In this document: one piece after another, positions 1 to 10,612 of the stretch | Numbering within the stretch: the first letter of the stretch is position 1 | How the letters are laid out: each line of letters opens with the position of its first letter | From: Ignavibacteriota bacterium | GTDB taxonomy: Bacteria; Bacteroidota; Ignavibacteria; UBA10030 | Reading direction: 5' to 3' | Length of the DNA: 64,000 nt | NCBI GenBank assembly: GCA_963701295.1 | Contig: OY969585.1 | Coordinates: 2,880,895-2,944,894, forward strand | Made by a program: the position numbers and the translations under genes | Notes under the pieces: generated by a model | Database searches by the model: none | What the model saw: only the letters and a program-made list of their open reading frames with translations | What the model was told of the DNA's origin: nothing

Positions 1-227
1 GCCAGCATTAACTCTAACGAAGTAGCTGTCAGGTTCGCAATGCGTTCCGCTTCGTCTTGTTGATACCACTGCTGTGTTTGAACAAAAACTTGTTGCAGAG
101 AGTTTTGGTTTAAATATAAAACGACAAATTGAAATGCAATGAGAACCAACGCCAGCACAATAAAATGTCGAATTTCAAATTGATACTTACGGTATCCTTC
201 GAGAATTTGGAACAGTCGTTTATTCAT
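1..227 (-). CDS. Hypothetical membrane protein, N-terminal part; gene continues past the window start. Possibly a sensor kinase
   Basis: A minus-strand ATG sits at 225-227, 8 bp downstream of the stop of the upstream gene. The translation begins MNKRLFQILEGYRKYQFEIRHFIVLALVLIAFQFVVLY, with a hydrophobic helix. The function is a guess. Confidence 0.35.
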   Translation of the reverse strand, partial: MNKRLFQILEGYRKYQFEIRHFIVLALVLIAFQFVVLYLNQNSLQQVFVQTQQWYQQDEAERIANLTATSLELML

Positions 228-235
228 TTGTAATT

Positions 236-1543
236 TCATTTGATCAGGATAGCATTCGATTGAATCATATCATTCGCCTGTTGAAGAGCATCTTTGACTG
301 TGAGGTCTTGCTTAATAGCTAAATGTATAAAGTGAGAAATAATGTTTGAGGTTTTAGTGTATTCAACAAGAGCCGGACGATGGAATCCATCCTGCATTAT
401 TATTTTATAGAAAGTAAGCTCAGGATGAAAACCTAGGAATATGGAATCTTGATACACCGAATTAACAACGGGCATATATCCAGCTCGTTCAAACAATAAG
501 CGTTGAATGTGATCGCTTTGCAGAAAACGGATGAACTCAACCGCTGCTTCCTTCTTTGTTGAGGACTTGGAAACCATAAGATTCCACCCTCCTAATACTG
601 ATGTAGGATTTTCTCCGTTGAAGTGCGGCAATGGTGCTCGCCCTATTTTGGAAAGTTTCACTGTATCTGGATAGAATTGTCTGAAATTTTCGATGAAATT
701 TGGCCAGCCCCTCACAAAGACACCGTCATGATCAAGCATATAGCGATAGCTAAGGTTTTCTTCAAAGTCTAGTACAGCTATTGGTGACACGTTTGTTTTG
801 ACAAATCCAACCATCATGGAGAGTGCTTCTTCAGCAGCTGAGGAAGTCAACGGAATCGAATTATTCTTGAAAAAATCTGGTCTACGACTTACGGCTACTT
901 CAAAATAATTACAGACTAAGCCCTCATAATCCTTCGCCTGGAAAATATAGAATGGTTTGTTTTCATATTTTAGTTGTTTTCGTAATTTTAACATTTCATC
1001 CCAGGTTATTGAGGACTGCAACCGTTGCTCGATCTCTTCAGCTTTGGGTAAACGACGTATGATATCTTTTCGATAATACATAAGTCCAACATCAATATAC
1101 ATTGGCATAGCCACAAGGATCTGATCATATGTACAGGACTCTATAGCATAGGAAAGCAGTCGTTCCCTTTCTGCTTGCGAAAAATATTTATCCAAAGGTT
1201 CACTCCAGCGTGTGAATCGTGGTACCCAGATTAAGTCCACAGCAAATAGATCGATATCACTTTTACTTCGTAGAGATCGTATGAGGAGTTCTTTACGTTC
1301 GTTCGTACTAAACTTCTCAAATGGTAGATTTACAGGAATAACTTCAATTCTTCCTCGATACAACCGATTGAATTCTTCGATCACTAACTTGTGACTATGG
1401 GAAATATTATCTGCAAAATATACTTGTACTGGTTCGAGGGATCCTGAGCGCCTGAACACACCAGTGAATAATGAAAGCCAGCCTACGAGGATCATTGACA
1501 AAGTGAGTGCTAAAATAACGATAAACAGTTGTTTTTTATTCAT
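236..1543 (-). CDS. Extracellular solute-binding protein (ABC-type, family 1-like) with an N-terminal signal anchor
   Basis: 435 aa with an N-terminal transmembrane/signal segment. Overall resemblance to sugar-binding periplasmic proteins. The assignment is from memory of the family only. Confidence 0.45.
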   Translation of the reverse strand: MNKKQLFIVILALTLSMILVGWLSLFTGVFRRSGSLEPVQVYFADNISHSHKLVIEEFNRLYRGRIEVIPVNLPFEKFSTNERKELLIRSLRSKSDIDLFAVDLIWVPRFTRWSEPLDKYFSQAERERLLSYAIESCTYDQILVAMPMYIDVGLMYYRKDIIRRLPKAEEIEQRLQSSITWDEMLKLRKQLKYENKPFYIFQAKDYEGLVCNYFEVAVSRRPDFFKNNSIPLTSSAAEEALSMMVGFVKTNVSPIAVLDFEENLSYRYMLDHDGVFVRGWPNFIENFRQFYPDTVKLSKIGRAPLPHFNGENPTSVLGGWNLMVSKSSTKKEAAVEFIRFLQSDHIQRLLFERAGYMPVVNSVYQDSIFLGFHPELTFYKIIMQDGFHRPALVEYTKTSNIISHFIHLAIKQDLTVKDALQQANDMIQSNAILIK

Positions 1544-2279
1544 ACTACATCAGATCAACTTTCCACAACAATCTATACCACATTTATTAGAGTTACAAGC
1601 GACTTGAGCAAAGAATATTTCAAAGACACGATAATTTAAGAACCAAAGACCTAAGTATGAATGTTTGACCTGTTTTCCATAGCAGAACTTATTTCACACC
1701 GCGAATGCCAAGAACCAGAATAGATATTGATCAGAATTTTTGAATCAAATAATTGACAGGATAGAAAGCATCATAATTCTTCGATATGAAATAGAATTCC
1801 TAACAAATATCTATGAATCTGCTTCAATCCGCGGTGTATTTCTTCAATGCCTGTATTTTCTTTACAGCCTTTCAGCCTGGACTGATAAAAGAGATAGCAT
1901 GTTTCGATCATGTCTTCCGATGTTTCGGTAAAAGACTGAACAATCGTATGATATTTACTTTCCTTAATGTGCGGGTTTGCAAACATTGGAGCTACCTTCA
2001 GAGGATTTCTTGATTTGCAGTCAAGTCTACGGCATTCAGTAACTAAACCGAAAAAGATGATAACAATGAGTGTAAAGAGTCAAGGATAGTCTTAAATTCA
2101 CCTCAAATCTTCTAATGAGGATATTCGAATGATTCTAGGAAGAATTTTATCATATTCATGTATTTTATCGGAGGATATGACTGTTTTCAATACTGACAAA
2201 TGGTTATACGTCCATACTTCCATCGAATAAGATCTTCTTTCTCTACCTTTATAAGCCGCCTAACGGACGGGCGCTAAAT

Positions 2280-2306
2280 CCCGATTCGACTAAGAGTCGA
2301 ATCGGG
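2280..2306. other. Perfect 10-bp-stem hairpin inside a ~960-bp stretch with no ORFs
   Basis: CCCGATTCGA-CTAAGAG-TCGAATCGGG. No adjacent T-run on either strand, so it is not a classical terminator. Confidence 0.3.
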
Positions 2307-2503
2307 ATCCTGTACAGCGGGGCTGCAACGCTGATAACTTTCAAATCGTTGATAACGGAACGAGTTCATGCACAAAACTAAATTAACAACCACTTAAGTT
2401 ATGATGTAAAATAAACAATATTAATTTACAAAAACCCATCACAAGCCATTCTTAATGTGCCACGCACATCTGGTCAGCTTGAGATCCTGGTTAGGGCGAA
2501 ATA

Positions 2504-3556
2504 TTATTTTAGCAAGACAAAATCCTTTGTCTCAATAAAAGATCCAGCCTGCAAACGATAAAAATAAATTCCACTCGACATCTTTATTGCATTCCATTGT
2601 CTTGTGTAGTTACCCGCCGATAATTCTTCCGAGACAATCGTTGTCACTTCTCTTCCTAACATATCAAATACTTTCAGTGAGACTGATGAACGTGATGGAA
2701 GATTAAAAGAGAATGTTGTCGTTGGATTAAAAGGATTAGGATAGTTTTGTAAGAGTTCGTAATGATCCGGAAGTTTATAATTAGTTTCTCCAACAGAATT
2801 ATTCCCTTGTTGATAGACTCTCACATAGTCAACAGACATCGTGTCCGGAAATTGTGTTGAACTGTTAGGATTTCCCGGCCAATTGCCGCCAACTGCTAAA
2901 TTGAGAGCAATAAAAAAAGGAAGATGAAATGCCTCTGTACTATTTATATTACTTGCGATATTTCCTGTCCAATATTGATTACCATCAAGAGACCAGTTGA
3001 TCGAATTAGAATTCCATTCAATAGAATACACATGGTATTGAGTGACATCGCAAGATATACTTCCTCCATACTGTGCATTACCGTTATTTTCCCAATGCAT
3101 TGTTCCATAGATTGTCGGTGTGCCATTTATATTTTCCATAATATCAATTTCGCCACATTCAGGCCAGCCAACCTGTGTGATATTACTTCCTAACATCCAA
3201 AATGCAGGCCACATTCCTTGTCCCACAGGAAGTTTGATTCTGGCCTCTATTTTTCCATAGGTAATACTTGTCAGTCCTTGAGTTTTAATGCGTGCTGAAG
3301 TGTAATTGGATCCGTTATAAGATTCCTGTTTCGCAATGATTAAAAGATTTCCATTGCTAACTTTTGCATTATCTTGGCGATTTGTATAACACTCAAGTTC
3401 GCTATTTCCCCAGCCACCTGTACCGATATCGTACGTCCAATTATTCGTGTTAATACTAGTGCTATCAAACTCATCTGACCAAATAAGGCCCCAAGTTTGT
3501 CCTTTGCATGGAAGAAGAATAAATAGAATTAGAAAGGAAAGACAAATTATTTTCAT
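2504..3556 (-). CDS. Glycoside hydrolase family 16 (beta-glucanase/laminarinase type) with a C-terminal type-IX-secretion sorting domain
   Basis: GH16 catalytic motif E-x-D-x-x-E in ECGEIDIMEN. Signal peptide present. The C-terminus reads LQNYPNPFNPTTTFSF...GIYFYRLQAG, which is the type-IX secretion (Por) sorting domain. Confidence 0.85.
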   Translation of the reverse strand: MKIICLSFLILFILLPCKGQTWGLIWSDEFDSTSINTNNWTYDIGTGGWGNSELECYTNRQDNAKVSNGNLLIIAKQESYNGSNYTSARIKTQGLTSITYGKIEARIKLPVGQGMWPAFWMLGSNITQVGWPECGEIDIMENINGTPTIYGTMHWENNGNAQYGGSISCDVTQYHVYSIEWNSNSINWSLDGNQYWTGNIASNINSTEAFHLPFFIALNLAVGGNWPGNPNSSTQFPDTMSVDYVRVYQQGNNSVGETNYKLPDHYELLQNYPNPFNPTTTFSFNLPSRSSVSLKVFDMLGREVTTIVSEELSAGNYTRQWNAIKMSSGIYFYRLQAGSFIETKDFVLLK

Positions 3557-4045
3557 TTTGATTTTCCATATTATTGAATGTGTGATTCTATCATTGTATC
3601 AAGCAATGATTGATTCCTATCTGTTATCTGGCTTAAGGATGATTCATAAAATATTCCTATTATATATATTAGTAATTTATGTATTAAGAACAGAACTATG
3701 AAGCGTACTATAGATGAGCTCAAGTAAATGACAATTGCACCTAATGACCTGCCCACGTATTGTGTGCCAATGATAAGTTAGTATTTTTTCATTATCAAGT
3801 ACTGGCTACCTGACAAGGGAAATAAGTTTCTGGTGCTGGAGGACGATATCCCAATGCACTGTGTGGCCTGATTCTGTAATATACTTTTTACTAAGTTTAA
3901 ATTAGTCCACTTTTTCGGAGGCAGGTCAGTCTTTAGAAGGAAGGACGGGTTTAGGACCGCTGCTTTATCCATCTGAGCTACGGGGGCATACTATATTCAC
4001 CTTAAATCAAATATACGACAACATCACAGTTATATCAACTCTGTG

Positions 4046-4834
4046 TTATAATGAGTATTGATCCGGTTTTCGCCCTTTAAGCATGTGATTGTATTCATTG
4101 ATCTGCTTTTTATCGGCAAGAGCTAAATCTATATCGGCAACAGAAATGCCAGGTTCTCTTTCCCCAAGCCTACAAAGAATTTCACCGTTTGGCGCCACGA
4201 TCTCGCTTGCCCCAATGAATTTCAAATCAACACCACCTCAATTTTCCTCTCCCACCCGATCAGCTGTGGCAGTAAATACTTTATTTTCCAAAGCACGTGT
4301 GACCATGCTATCTGGGCAGTTTGGAAGAACGAGATTTGAAGGGTGAGCAATGAGCTGCGCTCCCTTCAGTGCAAGTGATCTCGCACTTTCGGGATAGAGC
4401 CAATCGAAACAAATCATCATCCCAATTTTTCCAAATGGCAAATCGAAGACAGAGAAACCAAGATTCCCAGACGCAAATAAAATATTTTCTCGATAAAATA
4501 AATGCACTTTTCGGTACACACCGATGAAACCTTCAGGGCCAATAAGAGACGAGGAATTATATATCGCGTCAGCTTTCTCTGCAAATCCATATGCAATATA
4601 GCACATTTGTTTTTTTGTGAATTCGCAAAGCATTCTACAAGTCATTCCATCTGCTTCCTCCGCCAATGTAGCCGATTCTTTTTGGTCAATAAAATTATAT
4701 CCCGTATTAAAAAGTTCTGGAAGCACATAAAGATCAGCTTTAACTGTTTCCATCAAATCCAAAGCATCTTGAATATTCTTTTTGACTTCACCAAATATCG
4801 GATTTGTTTGAACAACCGCTACGTGCACCTTCAT
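4046..4834 (-). pseudogene. Carbon-nitrogen hydrolase (nitrilase superfamily) interrupted by an in-frame TGA
   Basis: Catalytic E/K/C motifs are present (VLPELF, YRKVHLF, GMMICFDWLYPE). The 198-aa ORF ends ...ADRVGEEN followed by TGA at 4238-4240. The same frame then continues for 63 more family-typical residues (GGVDLKFIGASEIVAPNGEILCRLGEREPGISVADID...KPDQYSL) to a TAA at 4046-4048. Confidence 0.7.
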
Positions 4835-4857
4835 CCTATTCTTCCTATTTATTTCTG

Positions 4858-5052
4858 TTACATTTCATCAACAATTTCCTGTGCTTGGTTACCGCGAATT
4901 TCTTCTGTGAGTCGAAGCTGCAAGATGGATTTTTGTAATTTTATTGTTTGATGGTTCGGCGTTAATAAAATCATAACAATTGAAACAGAAATGAGTACAC
5001 CAGTGAAAAGTACAATTATTTTTGTTATCAATATTGAGCTTAATTTATTCAA
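4858..5052 (-). CDS. Possible small membrane protein (64 aa, non-ATG start)
   Basis: A single hydrophobic helix, located in the 25-bp-flanked gap between the MFS transporter and the hydrolase. No homology recognised. Confidence 0.2.
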   Translation of the reverse strand: MNKLSSILITKIIVLFTGVLISVSIVMILLTPNHQTIKLQKSILQLRLTEEIRGNQAQEIVDEM

Positions 5053-5058
5053 TAATTT

Positions 5059-6690
5059 CTATCCCTCGTGTTTGATCTTAAAATCTTTCATCATCCATTT
5101 TCGTGCAAGCAACAATAAAATTGGACTCATGACTGCAATAAGCCCAAAGATGAGCCACATTTGTCCCGTATCTTTCGGGCCCTCTGCTGGACAGTAACGC
5201 TCCATTATTTGGCCCGAATAGAGTAGTGGAACGAGAAACTTTGTAAGAAACCATGGGAGTTGTGCCACTCCCTGGTATTGTCCTGCTCGATCTGCTGGCG
5301 CAATTTCAGTAGCGTATTGAAGAAAACGTGCCGACCACATAGCTTCACCAATTGTCATGAGAATGATGTATGCAATAAGGGTTAGAGGAGTCGGACCAAG
5401 TGCCAGAATAAATGCTGAGGAACCCATAACGAACGTTCCCCAGACCATCATATTATATACATTTCTTTTGTACGTGAGTGCCGTAATTACCGGTACAAGT
5501 ATGAAGATAAGAATAGGATTTGCGTTGGATGCAATCTCATAGTACTCGCCGATCCAACCGCCAGCGAAAGCCCGTGAAATATATTGAGGCAACACAAGCC
5601 AATTATATGTAAAGAGTGTCTGCACCGGCATAAGTGCGAAGATAAAGAAAAAAAACCTCGGGTCTGCTAAGGGATGTGCAGCAACCCAATGAATGACAGG
5701 GGCTTTGAAGCGATCCGGTAAAAGTGCGATGATAATAGGAACTGCAAGCACAATCGCTTCGAGGATATAACACCATGGATCAGGAACTCGAAAATAGATT
5801 GCAATCAGAATACCGGCAAGAACGATCCACGAAGTGATAGGCACTTTTAATGGGATGGACAGCTTTTCTTTGTCAGTTTTCTGTTGTTCTGTTTCAAGGA
5901 ATTTGCTGTCCGATTTCATCAAAGCATTTTCTGCATTTACACTTGCGATTGTTTTCTCAACTGTTTTTTTTGACAATACAAAGATGGTCACAAGCAGCGA
6001 AACAAGAGTGAGAACAGTGTAAACCCAAAAAGTCCCATTTATGCCGAGGCCTAGAAATTTGTCATCACGCAGCAGGAATGCCATCATTGCCAACGATGAA
6101 CCGGCGTTCATAAGCGCATAAAGCATTGCATATGCCATAGACGCTGTTTTAGGAGTAGTGAATTGTCGAACGGCAGCATAAGCGGCAGGTTGATAGACAC
6201 CATATCCTATAACAACAAAAATAATCCCTACCATTGTGAGAATGTGCAAGGATGACCAGACTCCGTTTGGCACCATCCCGAAGATCGTTGGAGCAGCCGA
6301 CATCACGATCCTTCCTATCAGGAGAAATACGAATGAAAATATTAGAGCGCGGCGGACACCCAACTTGTCCGGTACAAAGCCTAAGAGGACCATAGCGATT
6401 GCGATACCGGCAGTCAGAACCATGACCATTTCGTGAGACCATATATCTGCATGCTCGACACCTTGGAAGACGAAATCTGAAAAATGAATAGCTAAATATG
6501 TAAGAATCCCAAAGTAGGACAGTCCTTCAATCATATAAGCTAGATTCACTCCCCATAACGCACGCGGAGCATGCACCAGATCAATAAACGGTTGAGTGAT
6601 TTCATTCCAGGTCTTTCGCAATACACTTTCAGCCTGTTGGTCTTGTGTCGGATTTATTTTAGTCATACGATCCTTTGTTTTTTTATGCAC
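5059..6690 (-). CDS. MFS transporter, POT/PTR2 (proton-dependent oligopeptide transporter)-like
   Basis: 543 aa with about 14 hydrophobic helices. An N-terminal motif resembling the POT signature (APRALWGVNLAYMIEGLSYFGILTYLAIHF, compare ExxERFSYYG). Confidence 0.55.
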   Translation of the reverse strand: MHKKTKDRMTKINPTQDQQAESVLRKTWNEITQPFIDLVHAPRALWGVNLAYMIEGLSYFGILTYLAIHFSDFVFQGVEHADIWSHEMVMVLTAGIAIAMVLLGFVPDKLGVRRALIFSFVFLLIGRIVMSAAPTIFGMVPNGVWSSLHILTMVGIIFVVIGYGVYQPAAYAAVRQFTTPKTASMAYAMLYALMNAGSSLAMMAFLLRDDKFLGLGINGTFWVYTVLTLVSLLVTIFVLSKKTVEKTIASVNAENALMKSDSKFLETEQQKTDKEKLSIPLKVPITSWIVLAGILIAIYFRVPDPWCYILEAIVLAVPIIIALLPDRFKAPVIHWVAAHPLADPRFFFFIFALMPVQTLFTYNWLVLPQYISRAFAGGWIGEYYEIASNANPILIFILVPVITALTYKRNVYNMMVWGTFVMGSSAFILALGPTPLTLIAYIILMTIGEAMWSARFLQYATEIAPADRAGQYQGVAQLPWFLTKFLVPLLYSGQIMERYCPAEGPKDTGQMWLIFGLIAVMSPILLLLARKWMMKDFKIKHEG

Positions 6691-6712
6691 GATGCAAACA
6701 CCTAAGACATAT

Positions 6713-8923
6713 TTATGGGATACGCTTTAAGAAAACAGCAGCAAGCGGCGGCAGTGATAAATTTAAAGAGAACTGCCTGCCATGATGCGGTATGGATTCA
6801 GCTTTTATTTTTCCAATGTTGCCGACATTGCTCCCTTGATAGTAGGAAGAATCACTATTCAGAATCTCTCGATACTGCCCTTCGTCCGGAACACCGAGAC
6901 GATAATTTATTCGAGGCACCGGTGTAAAGTTGTAGACAACGATAACTTTTTCAAGTCCATCATTCGATTTCCGCATAAGCGCTATAATGCTGTTCGCCTT
7001 GTCCTGGAAATCAATCCATTCAAATCCGGAATAGTGAAAATCCACTTGATGCAGCGCACTTTCTTCACGATAGACATGATTCAAGTCCGTTATCCATTTT
7101 TGGATACCGGCATGCGGTAAGTATTGGGTAAGATGCCAGTCCAGTGATTTGTCGTGATTCCACTCGTCTCGTTGTCCGAATTCTCCACCCATAAAGATTA
7201 ATTTTTTTCCGGGAAATCCAAACATCAATCCAAACAGAAGTCGAAGGTTGGCAAACTTTTGCCAATCATCTCCCGGCATTTTGTGGAGTAAAGAAGATTT
7301 GCCGTGAACCACTTCGTCATGGGAAAGCGGCAATAAAAATCGTTCTGTAAATGCGTATAACAACGCAAATGTAAGATTGTTATGGTGATGAGTTCGATGA
7401 ATTGGGTCTTTAGAAAAGTATTGCAGCATATCGTGCATCCAGCCCATGTTCCACTTCAGACTGAAACCAAGTCCGCCATACGCTAGATCTGTCGTCACAC
7501 CGGGATAAGCAGTTGATTCTTCTGCAATTGTAAGAACACCCGGATAATATTGATGCATGAGCCGTGTCGTATCTTTCAGGAAAGCAATGGCTTCTAAATT
7601 CTCGCGTCCACCATATTCATTGGGAACCCACTGACCTTCTTTTCGTGAATAATCAAGATACAACATCGAAGCGACTGCATCAATCCTAAGACCATCAATG
7701 TGATATTTATCGAGCCAAAAGAGTGCATTGCTGATAAGAAAATTGCGAACTTCTTTCCGCCCGTAATTGAAAATAAACGTACCCCAATCTTGATGTTCGC
7801 CTTTTCGTGGATCCGCGTGTTCATACAAATGCGTTCCATCAAATTCGCCAAGTGCGTATTGATCCTTTGGAAAATGAGCTGGCACCCAATCGAGAATGAC
7901 ACCGATACCATTCTGGTGAAAAGTATCTACAAAGAACATAAAGTCTTGGGGAGCACCGAATCGGCTGGTGGGTGCAAAATAGCCGGTCACTTGATATCCC
8001 CATGATGCGTCGAATGGGTGTTCCATCACAGGCAGAAGTTCAATATGTGTAAAACCTCGCTCTTGCACATATGCCACTATTCTCTCTGCCAATTCTCGAT
8101 AGGTGAGCCAACGGCTGTTTTCTTCAGGAATGCGTGCCCAAGAACCAAGGTGTACTTCATAGATGGAAATCGGTTCACCAAGATGATCGGATTTCGCACG
8201 GCTTTTCATCCACTCTGCATCATTCCATATATATTGTTGAAGAAAGTTCACTTTCGAGGCAGTGCGAGGCCGCAGTTCCATTTCAGTTGAGTATGGATCT
8301 GCCTTATCCAGCACATATCCGGATTTTGTTTTCACCTGAAATTTATAAATTTCACCTTCCGGTAATTCCGGTACAAATATTTCCCATACACCGGAAGCTC
8401 CCAGCACACGCATTGCATGTCTTCGTCGGTCCCAATGGTTAAAGTTCCCGACAACGCTCACGCTTCGCGCATTGGGCGCCCATACTGCAAACTGAACTCC
8501 GCTTACTCCGTTGACTTCGATAGCATGTGCACCTAACTTATCATAGATACGATGATGGTCACCGGCATTAAATAAATACAAGTCAAGGTCGGTCAAAGTG
8601 GGAAGAAATGAATAAGAATCATGATGAATATTCATTGTACCATCATATTTTATTTTCTTGAACTTGTATGGAAATACATCTGAATGATTCTTCAGAACTA
8701 CTTCGAAAAATCCATCTTCCATAATCTTTTCCATCGGATAAGTATTTGCGGTCTTGTCATCTTCTACCACACACATTTCCCTTGCATCAGGTTGGAATGC
8801 CCGCACAACAACGACATGCTTCCCTTCCCTCTTGAGAATGTGTGCACCTAACACAGAAAATGGATCATGATGTTCCGTGTAGATAATGCGATAAATGTCG
8901 TCAATGTGTGCTGTTGATTTCAT
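6713..8923 (-). CDS. glgB: 1,4-alpha-glucan branching enzyme
   Basis: 736 aa with a GH13 catalytic core ([39 protein letters not shown]) and an N-terminal CBM48-like region. Confidence 0.95.
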   Translation of the reverse strand: MKSTAHIDDIYRIIYTEHHDPFSVLGAHILKREGKHVVVVRAFQPDAREMCVVEDDKTANTYPMEKIMEDGFFEVVLKNHSDVFPYKFKKIKYDGTMNIHHDSYSFLPTLTDLDLYLFNAGDHHRIYDKLGAHAIEVNGVSGVQFAVWAPNARSVSVVGNFNHWDRRRHAMRVLGASGVWEIFVPELPEGEIYKFQVKTKSGYVLDKADPYSTEMELRPRTASKVNFLQQYIWNDAEWMKSRAKSDHLGEPISIYEVHLGSWARIPEENSRWLTYRELAERIVAYVQERGFTHIELLPVMEHPFDASWGYQVTGYFAPTSRFGAPQDFMFFVDTFHQNGIGVILDWVPAHFPKDQYALGEFDGTHLYEHADPRKGEHQDWGTFIFNYGRKEVRNFLISNALFWLDKYHIDGLRIDAVASMLYLDYSRKEGQWVPNEYGGRENLEAIAFLKDTTRLMHQYYPGVLTIAEESTAYPGVTTDLAYGGLGFSLKWNMGWMHDMLQYFSKDPIHRTHHHNNLTFALLYAFTERFLLPLSHDEVVHGKSSLLHKMPGDDWQKFANLRLLFGLMFGFPGKKLIFMGGEFGQRDEWNHDKSLDWHLTQYLPHAGIQKWITDLNHVYREESALHQVDFHYSGFEWIDFQDKANSIIALMRKSNDGLEKVIVVYNFTPVPRINYRLGVPDEGQYREILNSDSSYYQGSNVGNIGKIKAESIPHHGRQFSLNLSLPPLAAVFLKRIP

Positions 8924-9530
8924 CTAGATTTCTTTTCCGAACAATTGGATCTGAATGTAAATACAATGCATGTCGTTTGATATATCTCTCTATTGATTTT
9001 GATATGAGTTTCGAGACGGTCAATCCTTTCATGAGTCTATTTCTAATTTCCGTAGATGATACCTGAAGAAGCTGACCTTTTATTGGTTGAAATGCAATAT
9101 TTTGATTTTTCAATGATTGATTAAATCCCCTTCGCCTATAGACAGCGAGGGAAGCGAGCTGGAGGATCACTTTGGGTGATTTCCATGATTGAAATTGTTC
9201 AAGATTATCTGCACCAACGATCAGTATAAGAGCGGCATTCGGGAAACGATTCCTGAATGATTTGAGTGTGTCAACAGTGTAGGATATCCCACGGCGTCGT
9301 AATTCTATCGTGGAAACTTTGAAATCTTTCTTTCCATCAAGAGCCAACTTCACCATCGTAAGTCTATGTTTTGCTGTTATGGAATGGTGATGCAATTTGT
9401 GTGGTGGTACGTAAGCAGGTACAAAATAGATGATATCCAGAGAAAGCTGTTTCATCGCCTTTTCTGCAATAGCAATATGCCCCCTGTGAGGCGGGTCGAA
9501 TGTTCCGCCAAAGATACCGATGCGGCTCAT
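8901..9530 (-). CDS. nadD: Nicotinate-nucleotide adenylyltransferase
   Basis: [15 protein letters not shown]...PAYVPPHK hallmark motifs. Confidence 0.9.
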   Translation of the reverse strand: MSRIGIFGGTFDPPHRGHIAIAEKAMKQLSLDIIYFVPAYVPPHKLHHHSITAKHRLTMVKLALDGKKDFKVSTIELRRRGISYTVDTLKSFRNRFPNAALILIVGADNLEQFQSWKSPKVILQLASLAVYRRRGFNQSLKNQNIAFQPIKGQLLQVSSTEIRNRLMKGLTVSKLISKSIERYIKRHALYLHSDPIVRKRNLDEINSTH

Positions 9531-10612
9531 GCTACATCCATATATATTTGAAATGTTTTCTTAGCACATTTATCCCATGAAAAACGCTCAACGTTTTTAT
9601 ATCCCTTTTGAATGACAGTCGATCGGTACTCTGTGTCGTTCAGAACGTTCTCTATAGCGCTTGTGAGATCTTCATCAGAATGAGGGTCAAATAAGATGCC
9701 TCCATCGCCCATCATTTCTGGAATTGAACCAGCACGAGCCCCGATTGCAGGAATTCCGGAAGCCATAGCTTCCAACACTGAAAAACCAAAACCTTCGTAC
9801 AACGACGGCAGCACAACCACTGATGCGGCACGGTACGCGAGCGCAAGTTCTCTTTGAGATATCTGCCCGATCTCTACTACATCTTTCGTATTATTATTTT
9901 CTTTGATCAATTTCCAAAGGTTATTCGTTCTTGTAATCGACTCCCCTGAAAAAGCTAATTGGAGATCTGATCGTTGCTTCATATGTGCGAATGCACGAAT
10001 GAGAACTTCAACATTTTTATGAGGTTTGAGACTGCCCGTGTAGAGGATTGTCGGTTTGGTGAGATGATATTTATTCCGAAATTCTTGAATACTCTTTTCT
10101 GAATACTTCGCTGAATAGATGGAGGATACTCCAAGATGAATAACATGGACTTGAGTCTCATTCACATGGAACATATCCAACAATTCTCGTTTCGTAAATT
10201 CAGAATCGACAATAATTGCTGCTGAAGACCGGCACGCATGAGAAATAATTGTCCGAGCATATACTCTTTTAGAGAATGAAAAATATTCCTTACCTCTCAC
10301 GTGTACTATGTCGTGGATAGTTGTCACACAAGGCATCTTGAGGCCAAAGGGAGTCGTATAATGAGGAGCGTGGAATACATCTGCCTTCATTCTGTTTGCA
10401 TCTTTCGCGATTGACCGTAGCTCACTAAGTGAATATTTCCTAGAAGAGTTCATAACCTTCCGGATGGAAGACGGTAAAGCAATTCTGTCTGCATCGTTGG
10501 GTGCAAGAAGGAGCACTAACTCACTACGCGACCCAACATATGGGCTAAGATTTTGAATATACGTTCCAATACCAAAATCAAAATATTTTCGTGCGTCAAG
10601 AACGATACGCAT
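9527..10612 (-). CDS. Glycosyltransferase family 4 (GT-B, glycos_transf_1)
   Basis: C-terminal EGFGFSVLEAMASGIPAI motif. Confidence 0.8.
   Translation of the reverse strand: MRIVLDARKYFDFGIGTYIQNLSPYVGSRSELVLLLAPNDADRIALPSSIRKVMNSSRKYSLSELRSIAKDANRMKADVFHAPHYTTPFGLKMPCVTTIHDIVHVRGKEYFSFSKRVYARTIISHACRSSAAIIVDSEFTKRELLDMFHVNETQVHVIHLGVSSIYSAKYSEKSIQEFRNKYHLTKPTILYTGSLKPHKNVEVLIRAFAHMKQRSDLQLAFSGESITRTNNLWKLIKENNNTKDVVEIGQISQRELALAYRAASVVVLPSLYEGFGFSVLEAMASGIPAIGARAGSIPEMMGDGGILFDPHSDEDLTSAIENVLNDTEYRSTVIQKGYKNVERFSWDKCAKKTFQIYMDVA

Noticed and set aside
1771-1986. 71-aa minus-strand ORF in the 1.5-2.5 kb gap
   Set aside because: No start context or motif. It overlaps two equally short plus-strand ORFs. 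It is kept only as part of the ORF-poor gap finding.
2311-2340. tmRNA-like 5' end (GGGGCTG...)
   Set aside because: Only the first 7 nt resemble tmRNA. There is no tRNA-like domain, resume codon or pseudoknot pattern.
4238-4240. TGA read as a sense codon genome-wide (alternative genetic code)
   Set aside because: TGA terminates several well-conserved genes in the window (nadD, ugd, the solute-binding gene) at the expected positions.
4089-4346. 85-aa plus-strand ORF
   Set aside because: It overlaps the conserved C-terminal coding region of the C-N hydrolase on the other strand.
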